From Andalucia godoyi And28 (Eukaryota; Protista; Jakobida): a DNA stretch of 248,000 bases. Position numbers and translations under genes: made by a program. The notes below the pieces were generated by a model. The model saw only the letters and a list, made by a program, of their open reading frames with translations. It made no database searches and had not been told where the DNA came from. Location: NCBI GenBank assembly GCA_009859145.1, contig VRVR01000022.1, positions 20,001-268,000 on the forward strand. The letters run 5' to 3'. Of the stretch, positions 66,666-77,703 are shown piece by piece (the stretch's first letter is position 1; each line of letters starts with the position of its first letter).

Positions 66666-67325
66666 TTACAGCTCGATTGGACCGAGGTTATTCTTTGGCA
66701 GCGGTCGTTGCTTGGGTGCTGTCGCTGAAGAAGCCGTCGAACCACCAGCTGCGGCTGTGACGGTTACAGTAGCAGCAGCGGCAGTGGCAGTGGCAGTGGC
66801 AGTGGAAACAGCAGTTGTGGCGGGCGTGGCAGCGACGGGAGACATTGCGCCGAGTTTTGCATTGGCGGGCATAGCGTATCGCAGAGTGTGCTCACGGGCT
66901 CGTTTGAGAAACGTTTTTCTGTCCGAGGCGTACTCGCGCGCAATGTGTCCCATGAGAGGGTCCTGTGGATTGGGGTCCTGAAGGAGGGCGATGATGGACA
67001 TGAGGACCTTTGCGCACGAGTACGCCGGCGACCACGCGGTCTTGAGAATGTCAAGGCACACAGAGCCGGAGTCCGAGATGTTGCAATGGTAGACGCGGGT
67101 ATCGAATGTGACGCGCGGAGGATGGAACGGATAGTCGTCTGGAAACTTGACCGTCAGCCGAAACTCGCCGCCCTCATACGGAGTGTCAACCGGCCCTTGG
67201 ATCGTTGCGGTCCACTCCATCAGATTGTCTCCCTTTGGACTCGCTGTGCATCCAAACGGCGGATCCGAGCGAAAATCAGAAAGCTCCTTTGTCAGCCGAC
67301 GAACCACCTTGTCTCTCCCTGCCAT
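66666..67325 (-). CDS. ubiquitin-conjugating enzyme E2 (UBE2D/E-like)
   Basis: FPDDYPFHPP, YHCNI..G.VCLDILK..WSPA. Confidence 0.9.
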   Translation of the reverse strand: MAGRDKVVRRLTKELSDFRSDPPFGCTASPKGDNLMEWTATIQGPVDTPYEGGEFRLTVKFPDDYPFHPPRVTFDTRVYHCNISDSGSVCLDILKTAWSPAYSCAKVLMSIIALLQDPNPQDPLMGHIAREYASDRKTFLKRAREHTLRYAMPANAKLGAMSPVAATPATTAVSTATATATAAAATVTVTAAAGGSTASSATAPKQRPLPKNNLGPIEL

Positions 67326-67787
67326 TTCAAGCCCTATTCAAACCAAGGTTTAAAAAATCCCACTCTCACGTATCAATCAATATCAACAACAAACAACAAA
67401 CAAATATTTAAAAAACCAAATACAACGAATCAAGAGAATGAACCAATTCAGACGACTAAAACAAAAAGCAGTCTGTTGGAGAGGCTTCATATACGGCTTT
67501 TGAATTCGGGGGATTTGCTGTTCTACAGTATGGTGGATTCGTTTGGGGGGGAGTTTTTCCCGCCATTTCTGAATTTCGCGGCACTCCATGAAAACGTAGA
67601 GCGTCTATACTGATTGGGGGGAACGAGAATGCTTGCTTGTATGTATGGTTGGTTGGTTGGTTGGTTGGTTGGTTGGTTGGTTTGTAATGCGGTTTTTACA
67701 CAACGCAGCACGGAACACACAACACAGAGTCACACCGGAGTAGTACAGAGTCTCGCAGAGGAGCAGGAAGGCGAGAAAAAGCATTGG

Positions 67788-69233
67788 TTATTCAAACTTT
67801 GCTTGGTAGACAACTGGGCCTGGGCCTGGGACAGTGTGGATGATGTAGCGCAAGAGTCCATGGATGCGATCAGGCATTTCCTCTGAGGACCATCCAGCAG
67901 GAGTCGCCCATTGCTTTGCACCATGCTCAAAGGTGGCTCGGACCTCAGCGTTTCTCGTTCGGACGTACTCGGTCTCCGCTTCACCAGCACCAGGGTGAGA
68001 AGGAGCGGGTGGCGGGAATGCATGGGCAACGAGGGCGGCAACCTGCGCGAGATGCTGTTCACGAACAAAGAGCACTGCGTTTGGCCCCGCATCAAACGAA
68101 TATGCAGCTCGGATCTCGCCGTCAAGCGCGACTCCGTGTGCATTGAGCCGCGACACAAGTGCCACGACTCGGCGAGACGTGTCGTTCATGTAGGAAATCG
68201 GCGGGTAAGTATCGAGTGCAACCGCATGGAACTGATTCGAGTCGCGCATTGTCAGCTCCGCAAACAAGTTGAAATCTCCCGTCGCAATGGCAGTCTCCAT
68301 CCGTGCCACACGCGCATCTGCAATCTCCGCTCGACGACCCATCAACTCACTTGTCTGCACGGTCGTTTCCATACCCGCAGTCGACGACGTCTCCTTCTTT
68401 CCATCGTGCACAACCAGCACCAACACATGCAGCTTCTCGTCCTTTTTCTCGACCGATTGCTCATCATTCTTTGATGACGATGATGACGGAGTCTCAAAAG
68501 AAGAGGAAGAGCCACCGGCAAGAATCGAGCGGGACGCAGAGACTTTGCAAAACCGCACATTCCCTTCGTCACATACCTGGACCGCCACTGAATCCGCGCC
68601 GTCTTCCACCTCCTGGTGGCCACCGCGAACCCACTTGACGAATCCGCCATAGAGCGACCGGCACGCGCTTCCAGACCCGCGGCGCGCCCATGCCGAGTAC
68701 TCTCCCGGAAACGCCTCCTTGACGCCCAGTGCATGTGCCAGCGCCACAACAAGCGCCGCAAAACCCGAGGCACTTGACGCGAGCCCAGCCGCCGTCGGGA
68801 AGTTGTTGGTTGTCCACACATGAACCGTAATCTTCTCCGCGTCCACCGCGCGACGATGATGGCGAGCCTTGATGGCAGTCAGAACAGTCTTCATACGCGG
68901 GTTATGGTCAAGATCCGCAGCACGCTCAGATCCATTCAGCCAGATGCGGTCTCCCGCTGAAGAAGGCACCATCGACGACGGCGCGACAACCACAATCGTG
69001 TGCGTGCACAGGTCAGCTTGGGACAGCGTAAGCGAAAGCGACGAGTTGGTCGGCAGAATCAACGACGAGTTGCGCTTGCCCCAGTACTTAATTGCAGCAA
69101 TGTTCACCGGCGCCGACACTTCTGCATACGACACATTCGCGTCCGACAAGTCAACACTCGAAGGAAGGAACTGCCCGCCCGCATACGAACGCCACGTCTT
69201 CGGATCACTTGGGAGACGAGATGGAAGAGACAT
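67788..69233 (-). CDS. MVD: diphosphomevalonate decarboxylase
   Basis: APVNIAAIKYWGKR, NNFPTAAGLASSASG, RRGSGSACRS, FDAGPN. Confidence 0.95.
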   Translation of the reverse strand: MSLPSRLPSDPKTWRSYAGGQFLPSSVDLSDANVSYAEVSAPVNIAAIKYWGKRNSSLILPTNSSLSLTLSQADLCTHTIVVVAPSSMVPSSAGDRIWLNGSERAADLDHNPRMKTVLTAIKARHHRRAVDAEKITVHVWTTNNFPTAAGLASSASGFAALVVALAHALGVKEAFPGEYSAWARRGSGSACRSLYGGFVKWVRGGHQEVEDGADSVAVQVCDEGNVRFCKVSASRSILAGGSSSSFETPSSSSSKNDEQSVEKKDEKLHVLVLVVHDGKKETSSTAGMETTVQTSELMGRRAEIADARVARMETAIATGDFNLFAELTMRDSNQFHAVALDTYPPISYMNDTSRRVVALVSRLNAHGVALDGEIRAAYSFDAGPNAVLFVREQHLAQVAALVAHAFPPPAPSHPGAGEAETEYVRTRNAEVRATFEHGAKQWATPAGWSSEEMPDRIHGLLRYIIHTVPGPGPVVYQAKFE

Positions 69234-69582
69234 GTTGTTGTTGTTTTTCCCTTGACCCAACAGCAAATCAAAATATAAAATATTAAGAAAAAATATTAAG
69301 AATCAAAATAGCTCGTCTTTTCTCCTTCTTCTTTCTTCTTCTGCTTCGTTGTACTATTAATCGCGTTCAAAGAGGCTTCGCACGATGCATATGTACGTTC
69401 GCGGGAATGAGTGGAGTTGGGTTGGGTAAGAGACGGCACGGACTACAGCCGGTGAATGAGCTGTGAATTCGTCGCTGGGTGCTGCTGATCAGGACAACCC
69501 TGGATCGTGGATGGCGTTGCTAGGAAGAGAAGCCGGAACGAGGAAAGGCCAAGCGAGAATAAGGACGAGCGTACTTTATGGA

Positions 69583-70449
69583 TTAGTAGCGTGGTCGGTA
69601 GGGTCTCCGAAAGTCGTCGGTGGAAGGATTGGCGGACATATCGTCGCGGTCGCGCTTTCCAAACCTGGAAGAATCGCCGAGAGTCCGATTGGAATGGGAA
69701 GAGGAGGAGGAGAAGGAGGAAGAGGAGTTGCCGGGCTGGGAGCCAGATGCAAGAGAGCCCATCGTGCCTGCGTCAATTGCTCTCTTAAGAGGCATGGCGG
69801 CATGGCAGTCGAATGGTCGCCCCAAATCAAGATCGGGGCCTTCTGGACCGGGAACAACGAGCAACGGACGACTTCCATTCTCAGCAGACATGCTCCTACC
69901 CCGTAGCGCGGACATCAGCTCCGTCGCCGCCAACCGGTCCGGAACAATCACAAGCGCAAGACCCCGCGATCGCCCAGACTGCTTATCCTCGTAGAACCGG
70001 ACGTCCAAAACACTCGCCGCGAACGCCGCCGGCAAAAGACCACGAATGTCCGCATCCGTCGTGAACCACCGCAGATTCCCAACAAACACCGAAGCCCGCG
70101 ACTCTGGGAAGTGTCCCGCACTCTCTCCCTCCACTCCTTGCATCATGCTTGGCGCGCCGTGGGCCGCCGATCCAGCCTGCGGAGTCGGTGCAAGCGCCGG
70201 GTGCGCATGTGGAGTCGGCGCAAGTGGCGGTGCAACTGCAACTGCAGCCGTCGCCGTCGCCGTCGCCGTCGCTGGCTTCGGTCCCGGAACTGCCGCTGTC
70301 CCTGCCGTGAAGCCTGCTGTAGACGCTACTGTAGTCGCAGCATTGCTTGTGGATGTCCCGGGCGTCATCACAGGTGGCGCAGAAGCAACTGGCGCAACAG
70401 CCGACGAGCCAAGATCACCATATAAATCAAGCTCGGAGTAATCAGACAT
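69583..70449 (-). CDS. RRM protein, CPSF6/CFIm68-like
   Basis: DLYGD N-terminus; VFVGNLRWFTTD..FYEDKQSGRSRG. Confidence 0.75.
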   Translation of the reverse strand: MSDYSELDLYGDLGSSAVAPVASAPPVMTPGTSTSNAATTVASTAGFTAGTAAVPGPKPATATATATAAVAVAPPLAPTPHAHPALAPTPQAGSAAHGAPSMMQGVEGESAGHFPESRASVFVGNLRWFTTDADIRGLLPAAFAASVLDVRFYEDKQSGRSRGLALVIVPDRLAATELMSALRGRSMSAENGSRPLLVVPGPEGPDLDLGRPFDCHAAMPLKRAIDAGTMGSLASGSQPGNSSSSFSSSSSHSNRTLGDSSRFGKRDRDDMSANPSTDDFRRPYRPRY

Positions 70450-70674
70450 TGTTGCTTTTTCCCTTCCTTCTTCCTTTGTTATGCCCTTTGCCTTTTTCCC
70501 CCCACTTCGTTTGCACCTTGCTTCGCGGGAAACTGTCTGTTCATTCTATTTTCATTTTTCTGCACAAATTCTCGGCCTTTTTATTCATTGGGTATGAGAA
70601 GCGAGGCTGCTGACTTCGCCTGTTGTCTCAAGCATCACTTCCGCAACCGCCCTCCAGCGATTGATAAATGGCAA

Positions 70675-71292
70675 CGCCTACATTACACACTGACCATGCA
70701 TATCTGCGAATAGACATGCATATTCAGTCTTGCATCCCGTTGCCGGGAAGGGGATAGGCCCCCAACACGCCTCACGGCGCTCTTCAGATAGATGTTCCGC
70801 GCTCCGTTCCCAATCTCGATCAATCGGTGAGCCACTTTCTCAGCGTGACACGTTGTTCCTGAGAAGGGTGCATTTTGATGCTGACGGCCCTAGCAGCAGG
70901 CGCTTTCGTGTCCTCAGTTGCAGCGCGATTGATGCATCTGGAGATACGAGAGGGAGAGGCGGTAGGCGTTGTGACACGTGGTCTCTTAGGAGGTCTGCGG
71001 GACCTAGGAGGCCCTGCATCGAGCGGCGTCGGCGTAGGCGAATGCGTCATCCCAGCGCACCCACGCCCCTATTTGAAATAAAAAAGTGAAACCAACGAAT
71101 GATAGAACAGATGGCTACGGATGCTGCGTTAAAGAGTGTCGAAAATGCGGAGCCTGTGTCACCGGCTGAATTTTGGCCGAGCGTGTGTAAGCACGAATTC
71201 CCTGTGAAACAAACGTGCTAGTGTCGGCCAGTTTTGATCGTGTCTGTTTATGTGTGCTTCCGTATGCATGACAATGACGTGTCACTATTCAA
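70675..71292 (-). mobile_element. non-autonomous Fanzor2/IS607-like element, subfamily A (A1)
   Basis: GCCG|TTGAATAG left end; AVSIKMHPSQEQRVTLRKW HTH remnant fused to DRDW/NGARNIYLK; right end TAATGTAGGCG. Confidence 0.88.
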
Positions 71293-71410
71293 CGGCCCAG
71301 AATCCGACATTACTCACTCTGCCTTTTCACAATGTGTGTGTGTGTGTGCGTGCAAATTTGTCGAGTCTGCGGTGTAGTATTTTATTGTTCTCGCGGCCTC
71401 CTCGAATTCT

Positions 71411-72634
71411 GTGCGACTGTGGAAACAGATGACAAGGGAAAGGTATAGCGGTGGTGATGCTGGTGATGTTAGTGGGAAGCAAAAGCTGCTGCTGCGCTCC
71501 GGAGGTTCTGCTCACAACCGACCTTGGCCTGTGGCCGTGGCTCAGTCGATCGGAGTGATTGTTATCTTGTTTGGAGCTGCACTTTTGCTCAATGTGTTGC
71601 AACTCGCATCGCGGATCTTGCGATGGACATGCGTCATCCGGGTGCCAACAGACATTCGATTCAACAATTACATGCTTGGGGTGTGGCTGCGGATCGCTAT
71701 CTGGGTCGTCAATGTCCCGTGCCGAACCAAGGTGTCTATTGCGCCCTACTCGGAAAGCAACGCAAATCGTACCAGCAAGGCCAGTACCGGTGGTGATCAG
71801 GAGGCACAGTGGAGTGGGAACCACTTGTTTGTCTCCAACCATGTTTCGTATCTCGATATCATGCTGCTGTTTGTGTTTCTTACACATCACCACAGCCTTC
71901 GTAATCACGACCTCCGCAACACGAATATCAGAACGCCACAGGATGCAGCACAACCGTGTCACATGCGGTTCTATGCAAAAAATGCAGTCCGATACTACCC
72001 GTGTGTATGGGCAGTGAACTTCTTTTCGGGGTTTGTGCTGCTGAAACGCGATTTTACGCGGGACCTACCGGTGATCATGCGCCACCTGTCCGTGCTCTCA
72101 TCCTGTTTCAAGCAGTACGCGATCCCATTCTATCTCTCGATTTTCCCGGAAGGCACGCGGTTTACTCGGCAGAAGGCGTTGCAAGGGAAGGAATTCGCGA
72201 GTGCGCACGGAGTCAAGGGTATGTGGGAAAACGTGTTGGTTCCCAGAGCCCGGGGCGTGCATGTCGCGGTGCAGAAACTTGGGTTTCAGGACAAGTGCCT
72301 CGATGGTGTAATCGTGCTGCGGTTCGAGTATCAAACGGGCGTGCGGGACCTCATTTCGCTGCTCGGCGGCCGCAATCCAAATGCAGTCCGAATCTGTCCC
72401 AAGCGGTATTCATGGACAGAGTACGTTCGCATCCTCAAGAACAAGGAGCACGCTCTTGAGCATTCGAGGAACAGCAGCAGCAGCGATAAAATGAATGAAG
72501 ACGGGGTCTCAGAAGAGGTAGTCAAGGACTGGCTGCTCGATGAGTTTAGGGAAATGGACTCCGCTCTCTCAAACCGAACTCTCTCACCGCTTTCTGAGTC
72601 TCTTGATTTGGACTGCAGACAAAAGGCCGACTGA
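71411..72634 (+). CDS. 1-acylglycerol-3-phosphate acyltransferase family
   Basis: SNHVSYLD, FPEGTRFT, VLVPRARG. Confidence 0.85.
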   Translation: MRLWKQMTRERYSGGDAGDVSGKQKLLLRSGGSAHNRPWPVAVAQSIGVIVILFGAALLLNVLQLASRILRWTCVIRVPTDIRFNNYMLGVWLRIAIWVVNVPCRTKVSIAPYSESNANRTSKASTGGDQEAQWSGNHLFVSNHVSYLDIMLLFVFLTHHHSLRNHDLRNTNIRTPQDAAQPCHMRFYAKNAVRYYPCVWAVNFFSGFVLLKRDFTRDLPVIMRHLSVLSSCFKQYAIPFYLSIFPEGTRFTRQKALQGKEFASAHGVKGMWENVLVPRARGVHVAVQKLGFQDKCLDGVIVLRFEYQTGVRDLISLLGGRNPNAVRICPKRYSWTEYVRILKNKEHALEHSRNSSSSDKMNEDGVSEEVVKDWLLDEFREMDSALSNRTLSPLSESLDLDCRQKAD

Positions 72635-73260
72635 GCGATGAATTATTATTGTTTATTATTATTTATTTTTCACCCTGCACGTCTCCTGGTTCCCATGCTG
72701 CACCTATTTCATTTTACATATTACTGTTGTTTGTTTTTTTTTTTAAATAAAGTTCCCTTCATCATCCGACTTTGACTATTCCCATTATTATCATTATTGT
72801 TCGTTTGTTTCTTGTTTGTTTTGGAGACTGACGCCTTGCGACAATATGCAAACCACCCACCCACCGACCTCTCACCTCCCTCCAATCCCCCCGCTGTCTC
72901 TGTTCCGCGCACAACGAAAACACTGCACGTCTCTACTCTCGACAGCTGACACGACGAATCGCGGAAAAACCTCTGCGTATTTATGGACATTCCGAACTTC
73001 TCCAAAATATATGCCGGTCGTAAAAAAAACCTGTGGTCCTTATTTTTTCGCCCTTTTCCGTTCAGGTTTTCTTATTTATCGGTTTCGTCCAATTTACGTT
73101 GCAGTCTCTTTTATTTTTTTGTTTTTTTTGTTTTTTTATTCTTCATGTTTTTTCACACGTCTTCTCGTCATTTTAGTAGTAGCATCTATTTGACATATCG
73201 GTGACGATTTAGGCAACAAAAAGAAAGAGAAAGAGAAAAGAGAGAGCGTGAGAGAACAAC

Positions 73261-73806
73261 ATGAGACCACTTACCGAAGAAGAAACGCGAGTGTTTTTTG
73301 AGAAACTCTCGCAGTACATTGGAAAGAACATTGCTCAGCTTCTGGACTCATCGAGCGATGATCCGCATTGCTTTCGTCTTCAGCGCGAGCGGGTGTACTA
73401 CGTGTCAGAGCGTCTGATGAAGAAAGCCACGAATGTCAGCCGTGAAAACCTTGCGTCGCTCGGAGTCTGTTTTGGAAAATTCACAAAGACGCGCAAGTTT
73501 AGACTGCATGTCACGTGTCTGGACTACCTTGCACAGTATGCAAACTACAAGATCTGGGTGAAGCCATCGGCGGAAATGTCATATCTGTATGGAAACCACG
73601 TCCTTAAAGCCGGCCTCGGAAGAATCACAGAGAACACTCCGGAGAACCAAGGCGTAATTGTATTGTCCATGGCGGAGATTCCCCTCGGGTTCGGCATCGC
73701 TGCGAGATCAACCCAGGATTGCAGAAAGGCAGATCCAACGTCTATCGTCTGTCTTCATCAGGCGGATATCGGCGAGTATCTGAGAGACGAGGACACCCTC
73801 GGATGA
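73261..73806 (+). CDS. NIP7: 60S biogenesis factor NIP7
   Basis: [29 protein letters not shown]. Confidence 0.95.
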   Translation: MRPLTEEETRVFFEKLSQYIGKNIAQLLDSSSDDPHCFRLQRERVYYVSERLMKKATNVSRENLASLGVCFGKFTKTRKFRLHVTCLDYLAQYANYKIWVKPSAEMSYLYGNHVLKAGLGRITENTPENQGVIVLSMAEIPLGFGIAARSTQDCRKADPTSIVCLHQADIGEYLRDEDTLG

Positions 73807-74447
73807 TCCAGTTGCCCGCTGTTCCAAAGCACACACACACACACACACACACACAACATGATTCTTTTGTAAAGTACTGTATACCAAGCGAGTCTGACGT
73901 AGCATGTCAATCTTCAAAGGAAGAAAGTTGATATCGGCGGTCAAGCCAGGCATCGAAGACTGGAGTCATTTCCTGCTGTAATAAAACAACCCCCCGACAC
74001 CCCATACAACGTACACCCACAAGTAGAAAACTCATGGTTGCGGAGCAGGTTCAAATATCAGGTGCGGGGAGTAAGGACTTTTGGAGTGCCCTTTCAGGAG
74101 TTCGTTTCCGGATTTGCAGAAATCCCTCATGAAAACGCTTGTAGACAGTCACTGTCTTCCCTAAAATCGAACGATGTTGCAGTGCACCCGACATAAATGT
74201 TTCGTGGCCTGCTCGCAATTCCAAAGCTGGTGGTTCGGGGACACGCACGTCACACTGCTGTGCTCTCTTTCGCTGGCTTTTCCCAAAAGAGGTCAATTGA
74301 CGACCTTGATTGGTACCACATGATGAACTCTTGTGGTGGTACCTTCACCCCGGAAGGACACTTCACTTTTTGTATATGTTTTTGTTTTCGTTTTGCTTTT
74401 GCTTTTTGATTATTGGTTTTGCAAAGGCTCGGTTCGAGCATGACTCC

Positions 74448-75452
74448 ATGATGCAGTGTCTCTGGAAAAGGCTGCTGCAAGTGAGACGGCTACCGTTTCG
74501 ATCTGTCCGATTGTTCAGCAGTGGCTCCTCATCATCATCATCGTCGTCGTCGTTGGCGGAGCGGTCCGGACGGCAAGACCATCGCTGGCAGCTCGGAATT
74601 CGCGAAGACGCACGAGATCGGAGGAGCAGCGGGAAGCAGGCTGCAGAAAAGCTGCATTCTGCCCTGGACCGCTTATCGGATCTTGCTCTCAAAGCGGCAG
74701 AGAAGGGTGTGGCGCATGCAGATGAAGATGGCGGCGGCCAGCGAGGAGCAGGAGCAGGAGCAGCAGCACCGCGCTCCATGGTGCTGCCGCGGAATGCAAA
74801 GGAGTGGACGATGTTGGTGGAACAGCGCATCCAAGAGGCCATGAATGCCGGTGAGTTCCGTGATTTGAAAGGGAAAGGGAAGCCTTTCCCAGACACGACA
74901 GAGACGGATGCTGCTTATGCGTATAATGACGAGGATCGATTTGCACACAAAATTCTGCGAAATCACAGCTTTGCTCCGCCTTGGATTGAGCTCGACAAGA
75001 TGATTCGAGAAGACCTGGCTGCGATGGATGCCTATGTGGCCCGTGTTCTTGTTGCGGGTATCAAGTATCTCGGGATCCACCGAGGAAAACACGCGATCCA
75101 GCAGCCGGCATTCGCAAAGGATGTCTTTCCTTCCTTAACGCCGGAGGAAGAGAGAGTCCGCATGCAGAAAGGGGATGTTGCGGTCGTCTACAAGTTTGCA
75201 AAGGATGAACTCGAGGTTGCTGTTCGACTCCTCGAGAGTAGCAATCGAGCGTCGTTTGCAACGTGGGATCGGGTGTTGGGAGAATGTGATGAGCTGACGA
75301 AAACCCTGAATCGAAAGATTGACGATTACAACATCATGACCCCGGTTCTGAGTTCTCATAAAATGCGACGCAACCGCGAGCGAAATATCAAGGCAGCGCT
75401 GCGGGTGCTCGACAGCGTGCCTATCCGATTTCTCCTGGAAAGGCCTTCTTGA
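74448..75452 (+). CDS. DUF1992 (DNAJC28-like) protein, mitochondrial-type presequence
   Basis: LVEQRIQEAMNAGEFRDLKGKGKP, APPWIEL. Confidence 0.75.
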   Translation: MMQCLWKRLLQVRRLPFRSVRLFSSGSSSSSSSSSLAERSGRQDHRWQLGIREDARDRRSSGKQAAEKLHSALDRLSDLALKAAEKGVAHADEDGGGQRGAGAGAAAPRSMVLPRNAKEWTMLVEQRIQEAMNAGEFRDLKGKGKPFPDTTETDAAYAYNDEDRFAHKILRNHSFAPPWIELDKMIREDLAAMDAYVARVLVAGIKYLGIHRGKHAIQQPAFAKDVFPSLTPEEERVRMQKGDVAVVYKFAKDELEVAVRLLESSNRASFATWDRVLGECDELTKTLNRKIDDYNIMTPVLSSHKMRRNRERNIKAALRVLDSVPIRFLLERPS

Positions 75453-75888
75453 GAACCGAAATTGAGAGTGCATTTATGTAGTAGTAACAGTAGTAGTAGT
75501 AGTAGTAGTATTTGGGGATGAGGTGGGACGCTAGATGCATCATGCAGCGTGTTGCTCGTCCACCCGTAAACGAAAGCAATAAGCACGGCTGTTCTATGGA
75601 ATCATGCACTTTACGGAAGCAACAGCTGCAAACTAACGAGGCCAAATGTCGCCATTTCCACTTGCAAGCCCAAACCACAAATGAAAACTACCAAACACTA
75701 TAACAACCCATTTAAGAAAAGAAAGACGGAGAAGGTGAAACAAGACAGGGCATGGAGAGAAGGACCAACAACAAATAACAGAGGTACAAAAGCTGAACGT
75801 GAGCATGTTCGAGGAAAACCCCTAGAACAAAACAAAACAAAAACAAAAACAAAAACAAAAACAAAAACAAAAACAAAAACAAAAAAAT

Positions 75889-76683
75889 TCAAGCATGATG
75901 GAGAAGCGAAAGCGTTGACTGTCTGGGAGTGCACGAGAAGCGCTGGCTGGACGCCATCAGAACAGTCTGCTGCGCGGATTCTTTTCGTTCCCTCTGAATC
76001 GAAGCATTGGACAAATGCCTGAGCAGCTTATTGACCTGCGTTGAGTCTTCGGTTTGCGTCTTTGTGTCCTTTGCCCGTGGAGTCAGCCGCCCAGCAAGAT
76101 ACCCCTGCGGGGTTCTTCCCGTTGTTTTTCCGTTTCCATTCTCGTGTGCGGATTGCGGTCTGGTGTTGAAAACATCCGAGTCTCCATTCGACGCTACGTG
76201 CTTCCTGCCGCGAGCGGATTCCACGACAGCGGGTGCAACGCTTCCGTTCTCAAACGACAAGTGCGATTCGTACATCGCGGCTCTGCTAGACGGTCTCTTC
76301 TTGAACGCATCGACGGGCGCGGACGGGTCAAACTCCAGCAGTTTTGCGGTCTCTCTGTGGGACTGCGGAAGAACCTTCTTCATGCGAGGCGAATCATGCA
76401 CTGCTGTCTTTCCCGCAGCGTCTTCCCCGGCAGACACGGGAGAAAGCCGCAAGCTCGGCCGATGAGTTGATGCCGGCATGTCTGGCGCTTCAAAAGGGCT
76501 GAAGGACGTTCGGATGCCTCGGAACGTGCGGTCTTCTGCTGCAGGGTGCGCAGACATGTGGATTGTCGGGTTCGGGAAGTCCTCCGGGTTTACTGGCGTC
76601 TTTTGGACAACTGCCGACCGTGAGCTCTTCGTCGGCGTGTACTTTCCCATACCATAAGACGTTCGGCGATTCGAAGTAGCCAT
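75889..76683 (-). CDS. hypothetical protein (low complexity)
   Basis: 264-aa ORF. Confidence 0.5.
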   Translation of the reverse strand: MATSNRRTSYGMGKYTPTKSSRSAVVQKTPVNPEDFPNPTIHMSAHPAAEDRTFRGIRTSFSPFEAPDMPASTHRPSLRLSPVSAGEDAAGKTAVHDSPRMKKVLPQSHRETAKLLEFDPSAPVDAFKKRPSSRAAMYESHLSFENGSVAPAVVESARGRKHVASNGDSDVFNTRPQSAHENGNGKTTGRTPQGYLAGRLTPRAKDTKTQTEDSTQVNKLLRHLSNASIQRERKESAQQTVLMASSQRFSCTPRQSTLSLLHHA

Positions 76684-77086
76684 ATTATCTTTCAGATTCT
76701 TGCTTCCTTTTGCGACAAAGAGATAGAATAAGACACGGATCGAAAGAAAAGAAGGGAGGAAGACGGAGGAAAATAAACGTGGAAAAAGAAAAGGAAGGGA
76801 AAAGAAAAGAAAAGAAAAGGGGAAAAAGAAAAAGAAAAGAAGGATGGGAAAGCGTGATTAGCGTGGAGCAGAGGAACAGCAGAGCTGTGAAGTTGGGGAA
76901 AGGCCAAAGGCGCACGTGCAGAATGGGCGACGAGTGACGATCAATCAAAAGATCTCATCTGCACTCTCGGCTTATGAGACTGGTGGAGTGGCGGGCACAT
77001 TGAAATGGGTGCGTTTTTAATCCTTTACAGCAGGAAAGATGCCTCCTCATGCAGGCATCAAATGCTTTCGTGCTTATAGTATTGCT

Positions 77087-77291
77087 CCTCCAACCCAAAC
77101 GTCTGGTGGACGGTGGTGAAGATCGTCGGATAGTATGGCTGAAGGTGTGCAGGTCGAGGCCCAATGAGAGACACTGTCGAATACTGACAACCCGATTCCT
77201 CCGCCGCGGCCTCTCTCTCCCTCTGCGGCGCACTCCATTGCCAATCAACAATCAATGCAATATCCGCTCAATTGAAAACAAAGAAGGAAAG

Positions 77292-77358
<67 letters not shown>

Positions 77359-77660
77359 AAGTGGATTAAAAATGCGGAATGGCAATAAAAGAAGCTCGTT
77401 GAAACCCCTAGTTTTCTCCTGGTTCCGAGGGTCCAAATGGTTCTAACAAATGCACTGATTGCTCAGCTAGAGAGCTCTGAACAGGAAAATAGGTTGTTTC
77501 TGTTTTGGGGTGCGCAGACACCACGGATGTCCCACTCAAAAGGGGAGCTTTATTGGATGGGCGCTGATGCGGATTGTAAAAGTCACTTTTTACGCCAAAT
77601 AAATCTGTCTGAGGCGCAGCATGCGAGCCAAGTGTGCGGATAGGTTTTGGGTTGGAAGGT
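77087..77660 (+). mobile_element. TIR-MITE family E (E2)
   Basis: CCTCCAACCCAAA ... TTTGGGTTGGAAGG termini; internal (GA)n. Confidence 0.8.
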
Positions 77661-77703
77661 AGTACCTACAAGCCTTCATGTCTGTTCAATAGACGGAGAG
77701 TCT

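Noticed and set aside
70730-71089. Repeated ORFs 'MHPVAGKGIGPQHASRRSS...' (also 128651, 141147, 145156, 158560, 226667)
   Set aside because: Antisense reads of the Fanzor remnant and omega-RNA region, not genes.
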